Assembly: GCA_965263355.1 (NCBI GenBank)
Contig: CBDHHL010000032.1
Span: 2,720,001 to 2,784,000 of the forward strand
DNA: 64,000 nt
Reading direction: 5' to 3'
From: Leptolyngbyaceae cyanobacterium
Lineage (GTDB): Bacteria; Cyanobacteriota; Cyanobacteriia; Phormidesmidales; Phormidesmidaceae
Below the pieces are notes generated by a model, which was not told the DNA's origin, did no database searches, and saw only the letters and a program-made list of their open reading frames with translations. Positions 20,469-30,644 of this stretch are shown here, in pieces; position 1 is the stretch's first letter; each line of letters opens with the position of its first letter. The translations under genes were made by a program, and so were the position numbers.

Positions 20469-21752
20469 TTATTGTTTAGGTTGTTGTTGAACGCCTAATA
20501 GCTTTACTAGTGGTGATTTTTTACGTCTCAGTGCAGCCAGATATTTCTCCTCGTCATAGGGTACACCATCTTGCCAACAACGCCAGAGAATTCTCCCCCA
20601 CTTATAGGCCAAGGCTCGAATCGCTTTTTGATGTGACTTACCCTTTAGTCGTTGTTGTTGATAAAACGCTTGTGACCAAACCGAGCGAGGCCTGGCATGA
20701 GCAACCCACTCGACAAAGGTTTGTCTTAGAAAGATGGGGCAAGACCAACGCCAATGAACCCATCGCTTTTTGCCACTCTCTTCTTTGACTGGCGCGATGC
20801 CAATGTAACTCAAAAAAGACTGAGCGCAATTAAAGCGAGTTCGGTCTTCACCAAAGGCCGCTAACAATCGTGGCGCTAAATGAGGCCCAGCCCCTGGCAA
20901 TGCCTTAAAAAGTTCTGCATCCGGCAGCGATTCAAATAACGAGGCAATTTGACGCTCAAACACAATCAATTGCGACAAGACTACTTTCAATAAAGCGACT
21001 AAGCCTTGCATTAACGCTTGGGCTGGAATGGTGATAGCGTCGTCTCGCGTCAAGGGTGGCCCAGCGTCTTGAATTTGCTGAGTTCGCCGTTGAATCGTGG
21101 TTTTGCGAATGATGTGATGGCTACGAAAGAAGTCTCTCAAGACATCAGCTGTAGCAGCTTGAGCCTCTTGTAAATTGGGAAACTGTTCAAGGAATTCACA
21201 AAACGCAATGGTGTCTTTATCTTCAAACCAGTCGAGCACTTGAGGAAAATAGGATTTGAGTGCGGCGGTGATCCGATTCGTCAGCCGGACCTTCTCACCC
21301 ACTAACATGCGACGGGACTCAACCCATTGTCTCAATGCACGATGCTTCGGACAACCTGATGTCCAGATATCAAGTTTTTCACCATGTTTTTGCATCAATT
21401 CGACGATCAGTTTGGCATCGATGGGATCCGATTTGGCCCGCGAGGGCTGAAACGCTTTGCGATAGTTCGCGACCGTTCGAGGATTAACGGGCACCAGCAC
21501 CAAATTCTCGTATTGACATAGGCCATAAAGGAGGGGGCCGCGTTTCTGCTCCAACCCAACCAGCAACTTGGACTCTCCATAGGTTTTTCGTAAGCGATTG
21601 ACCCAATCTGCAATGGATTGGGGCTTGGATTGAATCGTGCAATGCTCCCAGGTTTCGTTCTGGCAGTCATAGAGCGCAATATCATGTTTACGATCTGCCC
21701 AGTCAATCCCGATATAAGCCGCATATGCTGTTGGACTTTGATTGAGTTTCAT
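20469..21752 (-). CDS. IS110 family transposase/recombinase
   Basis: DEDD: 'IGIDW', 'GLEQ', 'AKSDPIDA'; 'LPGAGPHLAPRLL'; catalytic Ser motif 'EESGK'. Confidence 0.95.
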   Translation of the reverse strand: MKLNQSPTAYAAYIGIDWADRKHDIALYDCQNETWEHCTIQSKPQSIADWVNRLRKTYGESKLLVGLEQKRGPLLYGLCQYENLVLVPVNPRTVANYRKAFQPSRAKSDPIDAKLIVELMQKHGEKLDIWTSGCPKHRALRQWVESRRMLVGEKVRLTNRITAALKSYFPQVLDWFEDKDTIAFCEFLEQFPNLQEAQAATADVLRDFFRSHHIIRKTTIQRRTQQIQDAGPPLTRDDAITIPAQALMQGLVALLKVVLSQLIVFERQIASLFESLPDAELFKALPGAGPHLAPRLLAAFGEDRTRFNCAQSFLSYIGIAPVKEESGKKRWVHWRWSCPIFLRQTFVEWVAHARPRSVWSQAFYQQQRLKGKSHQKAIRALAYKWGRILWRCWQDGVPYDEEKYLAALRRKKSPLVKLLGVQQQPKQ

Positions 21753-21789
21753 TGTGCTAAATTGAGGGTGTTTTTGTTTGACGGAGAGT

Positions 21790-22080
21790 CTGCCACCAGT
21801 CGCCTTGCGAAGTGATTATGGAAAGGGTTATTTCCCTGCTCCCTGAGGATTCGTTGGGCAGCGATTGGACTGGCTTGAAGGGCGATTCGATATGTTAGTA
21901 GTCATCTTCTGACTGGCGCTGCATAGTCGTCCCCCCAAGCTAGCAGATTCTCTCCTTTCTTGACTCTATGCTTTTTTCCAGATTTAGAACATCTAAAGGG
22001 AGGAGCGATACGATATGTTAGTAGACATCTATACTGTCGTCCAATGCATAGTCGTCTCCTCCCATTTTTCTATGCTCGTC
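21790..22080 (-). ncRNA. Predicted bridge RNA with two target loops and one donor loop
   Basis: Stem-internal loop-stem units at about 21998-22063, 21872-21941 and 21807-21854; loop 7-mers match attC and the element junction. Confidence 0.75.
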
Positions 22081-22260
22081 CCCCCATAATCCAGATGCAG
22101 AAGACGGGAGTATGGGCTGGCTTCACTGCCGAGATTCTGGCCCGCTTCTGATCTGGAGCGTTAGGCTGCATCCCATACAGAATCCAGTTCCCTACTGACT
22201 CCTCACTTCTGACTTCTCGCATCGAGAAACCGTCTCGCTTTATATTAATACCCTTGAAGC

Positions 22261-25200
22261 TTATTCCTCAGGGCAAGCTTCACGAATTGCCGCACGTACA
22301 GCATTCGCAAGTAGCTGAACTTGAGGAGATTTCATTATCCTATAGTGATTACCTGGAATATGAACAATACCAAACTCTCCTGTAAGCACTGTGTCCCAGC
22401 CCCGATCATCGGTTTCCTCCTCTGCAGAGCAGAGTATCACTCGACCACCATAGGGTTGCACCTGATATCGTGCTAATGCCGTCTGATTAGCTTTGAAGAT
22501 GCGGAATAGATAGGCCATTTGCGTAGGCGTCATTTCCGGTGGTAGTAAGTTCATCCCCTGGGCAACGGCAAAGAGGTGTTCCAGCTGAGCATTAGGTGCG
22601 AGTTTTGCCAGTTTCAATCGATCTAACGACAGCTCACTATCAAACAAACCATTTAAATCAGTGATTAAAGACTGTAAATCTGCCGTGCCAATTTCCTCTG
22701 ATGTCGCCGATTTTGATGCCTCTATAGGGCTGGCTATTACCTGTGGCGTATAGCTATCAATCAGTACAACAAGCGCTACAGCTTCTCCGATAGATTGAAG
22801 CTGTTGAGCCATTTCTATGGCAATAACACCGCCCATTGACCATCCTGCTAAGTAATAAGGGCCATGGGGTTGAACGCTTTTTAAGGCCTTAATATAAGTC
22901 ATGGCCATCGTTTTAATTGAGTCTAAAGGCGTAACGTTATGATATGGTTCTGGTGATTGAAGACCGTACAGCGGTTGGTCTCGACCCAAATGATGGGCTA
23001 ATTCGGCGTAGCAGAAAACATTTCCACCCACTGGATGAATACAAAAGAGTAAGGGCAAAGTTCCATGGGGCTGGATCGGAACGAGGGGAGAGTGGTCTAC
23101 AATCGCATTTTGGCTGTTCAGTAGTCGAGCTTGGGCTTCAATGGTGGGATCAGTAAAGAGCACTGGCAATGGTAAATTAACTCCCAACTCTTGTTCTACT
23201 TGAGCCATTAGTCGCACCGCTAACAGGGAATGTCCCCCTAGCTCAAAGAAATCATCGTGTACTCCGACACTATCAAGGTTGAGGACTGCCGACCAAATTT
23301 GGGATAGTTGAAATTCTAAAGTGGTACGGGGTGGGGTAAAACTTACAGGAAAAGAGAGATCGACTTTAGGCCGGGGAAGAGTGCGACGATCAACTTTACC
23401 ATTGGGCGTCAAAGGTATTGCCTCCAAACGGATAAATGCACTGGGCACCATATAAAGGGGTAACTTAGTTTTAACGAATTCGCGCAACTGACCAATTGTC
23501 GATTCTCTCTTAGTGACAACATAGGCAATCAGGCGTTTATCTTCTGGGATATCTTCTCGAACAGTAACAACTGTTGAACTGACGTCTGGGTGTGTAGCTA
23601 AAACTGTTTCTATTTCTCCAAGCTCTATACGAAAACCCCGGATTTTAACTTGATTGTCAATTCGGCCCAGAAACTCAATGTTCCCATCTTGAAGATAACG
23701 TGCTTTATCTCCAGTATCATAAAGAATAGCATCTGGGTGAACACTAAAGGGATTTTGAACAAACTTCTGGGCAGTTTTTATCGGATCGTCATACCCCACA
23801 GCCAAACATTCTCCTCCAATATATAAAAAGCCAGGCACCCCTATCGGGCAGGGGGTCAGGCAAGAATCTAAGATATAATACTGTGCATTTTGGATGGGTC
23901 TGCCATAGGGAATGCTGGTTAAATTCTGATTGATAGATTCGATCCGATAATAATTCGACCAAATAGTTGCTTCGGTTGCTCCACCCAGACTGACAAGAAG
24001 AATGCTGGGAAATACTTTCTTCACCTGCTCAGGCAAGGCTACTGGAATCCAGTCACCACTCAAGAAGCCTAACCGGAGGGAACTGTTTGCTATGGATTTA
24101 GATGGCAAGAACGAAATCAATTGTTGAAGGGTTGCTGGGGTAGAATCCCAAAAGGTAATTGACTCCTCACAGAGAATATCAGCCACCTTCCGAGGATCTT
24201 GTAATTCTAAATCTGAAGCTACTCGAATTGACCCACCAGCCGCTAGCAAGCCAAAGATATCGTAAACAGATAAGTCAAAACACAAAGAGGTAACAAACAG
24301 TAGGCGATCGTCAACACTCACATTAAAAGTCTGGTTGACCCAATCAATTAAGTTGACAGCAGATCTATGACGTACGATGACGCCTTTGGGTACACCAGTA
24401 GACCCCGACGTATAGATAACATAAGCCGTATTATTCGGCATTACTGATGTTTCGGGATTTCGAGTGGACATTTGTGATAAATGCCAGTTTGTTGCCCAGT
24501 GTTTCTGTAGTACAGTCAAAGCAACTTGCTGTCTATCATTGCTTTCAGTGTTATGTTTTTTAATGATCACATCGTATCGATAGCGAAGTTCATTTTCAAA
24601 TCCCTGCTCTCGCTTAAGAACCGAAATCTCAGCAATAGGCTCTAATTGAACAGCTAAATCCCAGAAAAATTTCTCATCTACATATAGCTCACTACCCAGA
24701 TTAGTTTTCGCCTGGATAGGGTGTTCACCATCCTGATTAGACCTAAAGGCTATCAATGATTGTTCAAACTCGTCTTTGCGGCGAGCGTCCATGATATCTG
24801 ATAGCAAGATCGCTCCTCCTGGAGCTAAGCGTCTTACAGCAAGATCAAGAACGTGCTGTAAATAAAAAGCTCCTGGGAAAAACTGAACCGTACTCGCGAA
24901 GATAATAAGGTCAAAGGGGCCATCTTCAATGGAACCAATCTCATCCGCAAAAGCCGTCACGAGCTTAATAAAATTCCAATTATTCTCCCGAAGAATCTCA
25001 GCGTTACGTGCTTGAGTGATTTCTGAAGGATCAACACCAACATAGAGATCAACCTCAGGAGCAATTGCGAACATAATTTCTCCTGAACCACAGCCAATCT
25101 CTAGCACTCGTTTCCCGCTTCCAAAATATGGTTTCGCTAATCCAACAACGTGACATTTATACTCATCAACTTCGGACTCGGAAAAAGGCTGACTGGTATA

Positions 25201-28200
25201 GCTGCTAATAAATCCACCTGCCGTGACGCGATCGCTAGCCTGCTGGGCTACCCAATCCCATAACGATCGCACAGCCTTACGATCAATTTTTTCAGGATGG
25301 GGGGTGGGATCATCTATATCCAGGCAGATGACATGGGTTAGTTGTGAGTATTTCCATAGCAACTCTTGTGCAGTTCGCAGGTATTTTTGTTGGGTGATAA
25401 GACAGCTTACTGCTTGGGATGTAATAATCTTTTCTACTCGCGCAATTGGCCATTGAGGATCAAAAGGAATGTAAGCTCCACCGGCTTTTATTGCACCCAT
25501 CACGGCAGTTGGAATATTCGCAGAACGGTTCAAATAGATACCAATCTTCACTTCTGGGCCAACTCCGAGTGTTTGTAAGTAGTGTGCGAGTTGATTGGCG
25601 CGAACGTTTAGCTCCTGATAAGTCAGTTGTCTCTGATTAAACAGAATTGCCACTGCATCTGGACGCTGTTTCACTTGGGCTTCAAATAACTGATGAATGC
25701 ATTTATCCTTAGGGTAAGGGGCTTCAGTTTGATTCCATTCAACCAACAATTGGTGCCGTTCTATAGCCGTGAGCAAGGGTAGTTCTGTCACTGATTGTTG
25801 AGGGTTAGCGACAATCGCCCTCAATAGGGTCTCAAAATGCCCCACCGCTCGCTGAATCGTTGCTGTATCAAACAGGTCTTGATTATATTCCCAATAACCA
25901 ATTAGCCTATTATCCCGTTCCTCCAAGGAGAGAAACAGGTCAAACTTGGCGCGACCACTTTCCATTTGCAGCCACTCAAATCTAATTCCTGGCAGATTTA
26001 AGGGTTCCATGGGTGCATTTTGCAGGGCGAACATGACCTGAAAAAGAGGCGTATGACTGAGACTGCGTTCCGGTTGTAGTGCTTCTATTAACTGTTCAAA
26101 GGGCAAGTCTTGGTGGGCATGGGCATCTAACGCGGTTTGCCGGACTTGGGCCAAGAGTTGAGGAAAGGTCAGATTGTCGTCGAAGCGCGATCGTAACACC
26201 AACGTATTCACAAAGAAGCCAATTAATCCTTCAATTTCACTACGATTGCGGTTGGCAATGGGGGTGCCCACCAAAATATCGGTTTGACCGCTGTAGCGGT
26301 AGAGTAGGCTACTAAAAGCCGCAAACAACGTCATAAAAAGGGTTACCCCTGATTGTTGACTCAGATGTTTAAGCTGTTCCGTAAGGGTATGATCCAGTTG
26401 AAAAAAGATGCGATCGCCTTGATTAGACTGCACCGTCGGTCGAGGATAATCCGTAGGCAAGTCCAATAATGGGGGCGCATCGGCTAACTGTTGCCGCCAA
26501 TACTCCAATTGTGGCGCAAGAGATTGAGCGGTGGCAGGTTGTCGCTGCCAAGCGGCAAAGTCGGCATATTGAATGGCCAGTTCAGGTAAGGGTGAGGAGT
26601 CCCCTTCGATGAATGCTCCGTAGAGCACCTCCAATTCATGGACCAATACTCCCGTAGACCAACCATCGGTAATAATATGATGCATAGTGAGAAGCAACAT
26701 ATAGTCATCCTTCGCCAATTGCATCAACATGACCCGTAACAAGGTATCGTGAGCCAGATCAAAGGGTTGTTGTACCGCATCTTGACCCAGCTGTTGGACC
26801 TCAGCCATTTGTTGTTTTGGCTCAACATGCTGTAAATCTACTATCGGCAGTGGTAAATCTCTATGTGGCGATATTACCCGGAGCGGTTTCCCCTCAACAG
26901 ATTTGAAATTTGTTCGTAAGCTATCGTGTCGTCGGACAATTTCTAGTAGAGCTTGATGGAGTGCCTCCACATGCAGCGTCCCTGACAAACGTAAGCCCTC
27001 CTGCTCATTGTAGGCGACACTCTGGTCTTGTAATTGATCTAAAAACCAGAGACGTTGCTCAGCGAAGGATAGGGGTAAGTCTCCTTGACGGGACATCTGT
27101 TGAATCAGTGTTCGCTCTGAGGGCGTAGGTTTGGATTCGGTGTCCAGAATATCTTGGCTCAGTTGGGCGATGGTAGGAGATTCAAATAACCGATGCAGCG
27201 ACAGTTCCCGTTGGAAAACATCCCGCACTCGTGAAATTAGCTGGGTGGCTTGAATTGAATCTCCGCCCAGCATAAAAAAATTATCCAAAACCCCAATTTC
27301 GTTCAGCCCCAACACGTCGGCCCAAATATTAGCTAATAGCTCCTCCATAGGGGTCCGGGGATTCACCAGCTTGACATCTAGAACAGGACGGGAGCGATCG
27401 GGGGCTGGCAAATGCTGACGATCGACCTTACCGCTGGGGGTAAGGGGCAATTGATCGAGGACCACAAATGCCGAGGGAACCATGTAATTGGGCAGGGTTT
27501 CCGTCAGAAACTGACGCACCTGAGGAATCAGCTGATTTGTTTTCTGGCCACTGTATGGTTGGTTCGCATAGGCGTGCCAAGGTTTGGCCTTATTAGGAAT
27601 CTCACCGGGGGGCTGATCAACGGCTCCATGAGCCCTATCACCCAGGATAACGTTTGTGCCCTGCCGTACAAAGATGACATCGTAGTAGCCCTCATTGCCT
27701 TTACTATCCCAAGTGAGATGAACTTGGTACGGAATTTGATCTTGCAACGTCCACCAGACTTCCGGTTCAATGGCCTTGCTCTTGGCATCGTGTAAGGTAA
27801 TCTCTTGGCGAAGTTCCTTTACCGTTGGGGGACAATGATCCACATTTGACAATAGCGACAGGGCGATAACGTCAGACCCAATTCGGGCATTCGGCACATG
27901 GTTGACCACTAATAGGTCAGGGGTCATGTCCACTAGTTTTTGGCGGATGGCATGGATTGCCTCCTCGCCATCTTCTTCACACCAGTCCAGAAAAACAGGT
28001 GCGGTAGGTGTGGCAAATTCTTTATCGATGTGCAACACCACATCGTAACGAAATCGGGTCAGCTCATTTTGATGATATCCCCGCTTTAGGTGAATGTCTA
28101 CATGGCTAATGCGGGGCAGATAGGCCTTTAATGCTGTGAAAAACTCAGGATCAACCATCAATCGTTGTTCACGGGTGCGACGATCGCGAATACGTCTGCG

Positions 28201-30243
28201 TAGGTCTGCTACCGGGAGAGAATCTGGCGATTGATAGAGCTGCACTGAGGTATGGAACATTTCCAACAACGGTAAACTCAAAATATCTCCCAGGAAAATT
28301 TGTCCGCCTGGTTGAATTCTATCCACTGCGGTTTCAATAACTGACACCAAATAATCAATACTGGGGAAGAATTGAATCACTGAATTAGAGATAGCTGTAT
28401 CAAAGGATGTCGTCACAATCTCTCCCAGGGTATGGGCAGCAGCCTGTTGCAGAACTACAGATGCTGCAACTGAAGGTTCAAGGATTTGACCGGCCTTAAG
28501 TTGTCGCTCTAGATAGCGAATGGCCTCACCGGATAAATCTGTAGCATAGTAGTGTTGACACTTAGGTGCCATGCGAAAAAGCAGTAGCCCTGTGCCACAG
28601 CCAATTTCTAAAAGGCGCTGGGGTTGCAATGATAAGATTCGCTCTACCGTATAGTCCACCCATTCCTGTACATGATTTGGGTCCAGATCTGTGCCTGTGT
28701 AGGAGTCGTTCCAGCCGCCAATGTGAAAATCAGCATCCTGCTCCTGATCAGGTTGAATATAGGCTTCATCCCAAATTTGCCGCCATTGTTCCGTTTGTTC
28801 AACGACATCCTGAGTTGCCTTGACCTTAACCTCAGAGCCGGAAACAACATAGGCTACTAAGCGCTTTTGACCGCTGGGTTCTGCTCGCGCTGTTACAACA
28901 GCTTGGGCAATATCAGGATGTTGTAACAGGGTTGCTTCGATTTCTTCCAACTCAATGCGATAGCCCCGTATCTTAACTTGGTGATCAATACGGCCTAAAC
29001 ATTCAATGGTGCCATCGGTATGGTACCGGGCTAAATCTCCAGTTTTATAAAGGCGATCACCCTCCTCTAAATCAGCGTCCTGGGCAAAGGGACTGGGAAT
29101 AAATTTTTTAGCGGTCAACTCCGGACGATTGAGATATCCTCGAGCGACCCCTATGCCCCCAATGTGCAATTCTCCAACTTCACCAACAGCGACAGGGGTT
29201 TGATTCTCATCTAGAATGTAAGCCTGGGTATTACTAATCGTCCGCCCAATAGGGATGGTCGCATCCGCCGATTGCACCCGATGTATCGTGGCCCATACCG
29301 TAATTTCAGTAGGACCATATAAATTCCACAACGATCCCCCCTTAGGTAATAACTGGGCCGCTAGCTCTGGTGATAAGCGGTCCCCAGTAGAAATGATTTT
29401 CAAGTCACGACACCCTGACCATTTAGCATTCATGAGCATTTGCCAGGTCGCAGGGGTAGCTGACATCACTGTCACACGGTGTTGATGAATCAACTGAATT
29501 AACTGATCAGGATCTTGGGTTGCTGTTTGACTGGCCACGACCACCTTACCGCCAACGGTCAATGGACCAAGCAATTCTGGAACTGAAACGTCGAAAGAAA
29601 TGGTTGTAACTGCAATAGACGTATCCGTGTCCCTTAACCCTGGGCAAATGGCAATCGCCAATAGTAGATTCACCACGGAACGATGAGCGATCTGTACCCC
29701 CTTAGGTTTTCCGGTCGAACCAGAGGTGTAGATAATGTAGGCTAAGTTACTAGGTACAGCAGTAGAAATGGGATTAATGGGAGAATGTTGGCCGATGTGT
29801 TGTTTAGTGCTACCAAGGCAGATTAGTGTAATGTTCTTGGCAAGGTGTATCTGGACATTAGTGGCTGGCGATTGAGTTACAATAATTTTTAGACCCGCAT
29901 CTTGCACCATAAAAGCAAGGCGATCACTAGGATAGGCTGGATCTAAAGGAACATAAGTGCCACCAGCTTTCATGATGCCGAGCATCGCAACGACCATTTC
30001 TAAGGAGCGTTCAATGCAAAGTCCCACCAGTACCTCTGGACCTACCCCCAAGGATTGCAGATAATGGGCAAGTTGATTGGCCTGTTGATTTAATTCCTGA
30101 TAGGTAAGTTGCTGCTCCTCAAAAACCAGTGCCACAGCATCCGGAGCCTGCATCACTTGGGCTTCAAACATTTCATGAATGCATCGATTCCAAGATGTGC
30201 TGGTATCAGTATTGCGCATTTCTGAGGCGTTAGCTTCTTGCAT
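22261..30243 (-). CDS. Bimodular NRPS: A(MT)-T-C-A(MT)-T-TE
   Basis: YTSGSTG x2, LEIGCG x2, LGGDSI, HHIITDG, LGGHSL, GWSMGG. Confidence 0.95.
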   Translation of the reverse strand: MQEANASEMRNTDTSTSWNRCIHEMFEAQVMQAPDAVALVFEEQQLTYQELNQQANQLAHYLQSLGVGPEVLVGLCIERSLEMVVAMLGIMKAGGTYVPLDPAYPSDRLAFMVQDAGLKIIVTQSPATNVQIHLAKNITLICLGSTKQHIGQHSPINPISTAVPSNLAYIIYTSGSTGKPKGVQIAHRSVVNLLLAIAICPGLRDTDTSIAVTTISFDVSVPELLGPLTVGGKVVVASQTATQDPDQLIQLIHQHRVTVMSATPATWQMLMNAKWSGCRDLKIISTGDRLSPELAAQLLPKGGSLWNLYGPTEITVWATIHRVQSADATIPIGRTISNTQAYILDENQTPVAVGEVGELHIGGIGVARGYLNRPELTAKKFIPSPFAQDADLEEGDRLYKTGDLARYHTDGTIECLGRIDHQVKIRGYRIELEEIEATLLQHPDIAQAVVTARAEPSGQKRLVAYVVSGSEVKVKATQDVVEQTEQWRQIWDEAYIQPDQEQDADFHIGGWNDSYTGTDLDPNHVQEWVDYTVERILSLQPQRLLEIGCGTGLLLFRMAPKCQHYYATDLSGEAIRYLERQLKAGQILEPSVAASVVLQQAAAHTLGEIVTTSFDTAISNSVIQFFPSIDYLVSVIETAVDRIQPGGQIFLGDILSLPLLEMFHTSVQLYQSPDSLPVADLRRRIRDRRTREQRLMVDPEFFTALKAYLPRISHVDIHLKRGYHQNELTRFRYDVVLHIDKEFATPTAPVFLDWCEEDGEEAIHAIRQKLVDMTPDLLVVNHVPNARIGSDVIALSLLSNVDHCPPTVKELRQEITLHDAKSKAIEPEVWWTLQDQIPYQVHLTWDSKGNEGYYDVIFVRQGTNVILGDRAHGAVDQPPGEIPNKAKPWHAYANQPYSGQKTNQLIPQVRQFLTETLPNYMVPSAFVVLDQLPLTPSGKVDRQHLPAPDRSRPVLDVKLVNPRTPMEELLANIWADVLGLNEIGVLDNFFMLGGDSIQATQLISRVRDVFQRELSLHRLFESPTIAQLSQDILDTESKPTPSERTLIQQMSRQGDLPLSFAEQRLWFLDQLQDQSVAYNEQEGLRLSGTLHVEALHQALLEIVRRHDSLRTNFKSVEGKPLRVISPHRDLPLPIVDLQHVEPKQQMAEVQQLGQDAVQQPFDLAHDTLLRVMLMQLAKDDYMLLLTMHHIITDGWSTGVLVHELEVLYGAFIEGDSSPLPELAIQYADFAAWQRQPATAQSLAPQLEYWRQQLADAPPLLDLPTDYPRPTVQSNQGDRIFFQLDHTLTEQLKHLSQQSGVTLFMTLFAAFSSLLYRYSGQTDILVGTPIANRNRSEIEGLIGFFVNTLVLRSRFDDNLTFPQLLAQVRQTALDAHAHQDLPFEQLIEALQPERSLSHTPLFQVMFALQNAPMEPLNLPGIRFEWLQMESGRAKFDLFLSLEERDNRLIGYWEYNQDLFDTATIQRAVGHFETLLRAIVANPQQSVTELPLLTAIERHQLLVEWNQTEAPYPKDKCIHQLFEAQVKQRPDAVAILFNQRQLTYQELNVRANQLAHYLQTLGVGPEVKIGIYLNRSANIPTAVMGAIKAGGAYIPFDPQWPIARVEKIITSQAVSCLITQQKYLRTAQELLWKYSQLTHVICLDIDDPTPHPEKIDRKAVRSLWDWVAQQASDRVTAGGFISSYTSQPFSESEVDEYKCHVVGLAKPYFGSGKRVLEIGCGSGEIMFAIAPEVDLYVGVDPSEITQARNAEILRENNWNFIKLVTAFADEIGSIEDGPFDLIIFASTVQFFPGAFYLQHVLDLAVRRLAPGGAILLSDIMDARRKDEFEQSLIAFRSNQDGEHPIQAKTNLGSELYVDEKFFWDLAVQLEPIAEISVLKREQGFENELRYRYDVIIKKHNTESNDRQQVALTVLQKHWATNWHLSQMSTRNPETSVMPNNTAYVIYTSGSTGVPKGVIVRHRSAVNLIDWVNQTFNVSVDDRLLFVTSLCFDLSVYDIFGLLAAGGSIRVASDLELQDPRKVADILCEESITFWDSTPATLQQLISFLPSKSIANSSLRLGFLSGDWIPVALPEQVKKVFPSILLVSLGGATEATIWSNYYRIESINQNLTSIPYGRPIQNAQYYILDSCLTPCPIGVPGFLYIGGECLAVGYDDPIKTAQKFVQNPFSVHPDAILYDTGDKARYLQDGNIEFLGRIDNQVKIRGFRIELGEIETVLATHPDVSSTVVTVREDIPEDKRLIAYVVTKRESTIGQLREFVKTKLPLYMVPSAFIRLEAIPLTPNGKVDRRTLPRPKVDLSFPVSFTPPRTTLEFQLSQIWSAVLNLDSVGVHDDFFELGGHSLLAVRLMAQVEQELGVNLPLPVLFTDPTIEAQARLLNSQNAIVDHSPLVPIQPHGTLPLLFCIHPVGGNVFCYAELAHHLGRDQPLYGLQSPEPYHNVTPLDSIKTMAMTYIKALKSVQPHGPYYLAGWSMGGVIAIEMAQQLQSIGEAVALVVLIDSYTPQVIASPIEASKSATSEEIGTADLQSLITDLNGLFDSELSLDRLKLAKLAPNAQLEHLFAVAQGMNLLPPEMTPTQMAYLFRIFKANQTALARYQVQPYGGRVILCSAEEETDDRGWDTVLTGEFGIVHIPGNHYRIMKSPQVQLLANAVRAAIREACPEE

Positions 30244-30644
30244 ATCCTGTACATCTAGTTACTGCAGTATCCTATACTAGGGGATTAGGAGTATGAAGAG
30301 TGTTTTTCATCACTGCATAAAAAAAGGATACAAGACGTCGCCAAAGCACCGTCAAAGACAGGCGGAGATGCCTAACATAGTCCCTGAGGCGGACGAGGTC
30401 AATAGCAAAGGCTAAACTTCTTTTTCTAGTTAAGCTTGAGTCTGTATTCAGACATGCAGGATTAACCTGATACTCAGTTGTTCAGGGAGGAGATTGTTCT
30501 CTCTCAGAGAGGGCTGCTTTGCTGTATGACCGTGAATACGGGTTAGCTGTTCATCGGATATTGCTCCAAGTGATTACATCGAGTGCTCGATCTTGTTGTT
30601 GTAGTTGTAGTAGTTGTTGTTATCTGCCTTTAAAGTATTACTTG

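Larger units (their letters stand above)
20192..22088 (-). mobile_element. IS110-family element 1, inserted in attC
   Basis: Ends ATAGGCCCTGAGGCGGACGAG...CTCGTCCCCCCATA shared with element 2; removing it restores the attC. Confidence 0.9.
20185..22166 (+). other. attC site split by an IS110 insertion
   Basis: Reconstituted GGCTAAC-atcca-GATGCAGA...TCTGATC-tggagc-GTTAGGC with canonical 5/6-bp spacers and an extrahelical base. Confidence 0.85.

Noticed and set aside
21872..22063. Duplicated motif read as a CRISPR or TIGR array
   Set aside because: Only two units, each a closed stem-loop inside an IS110 end next to a donor-matching loop; bridge-RNA architecture explains it better.
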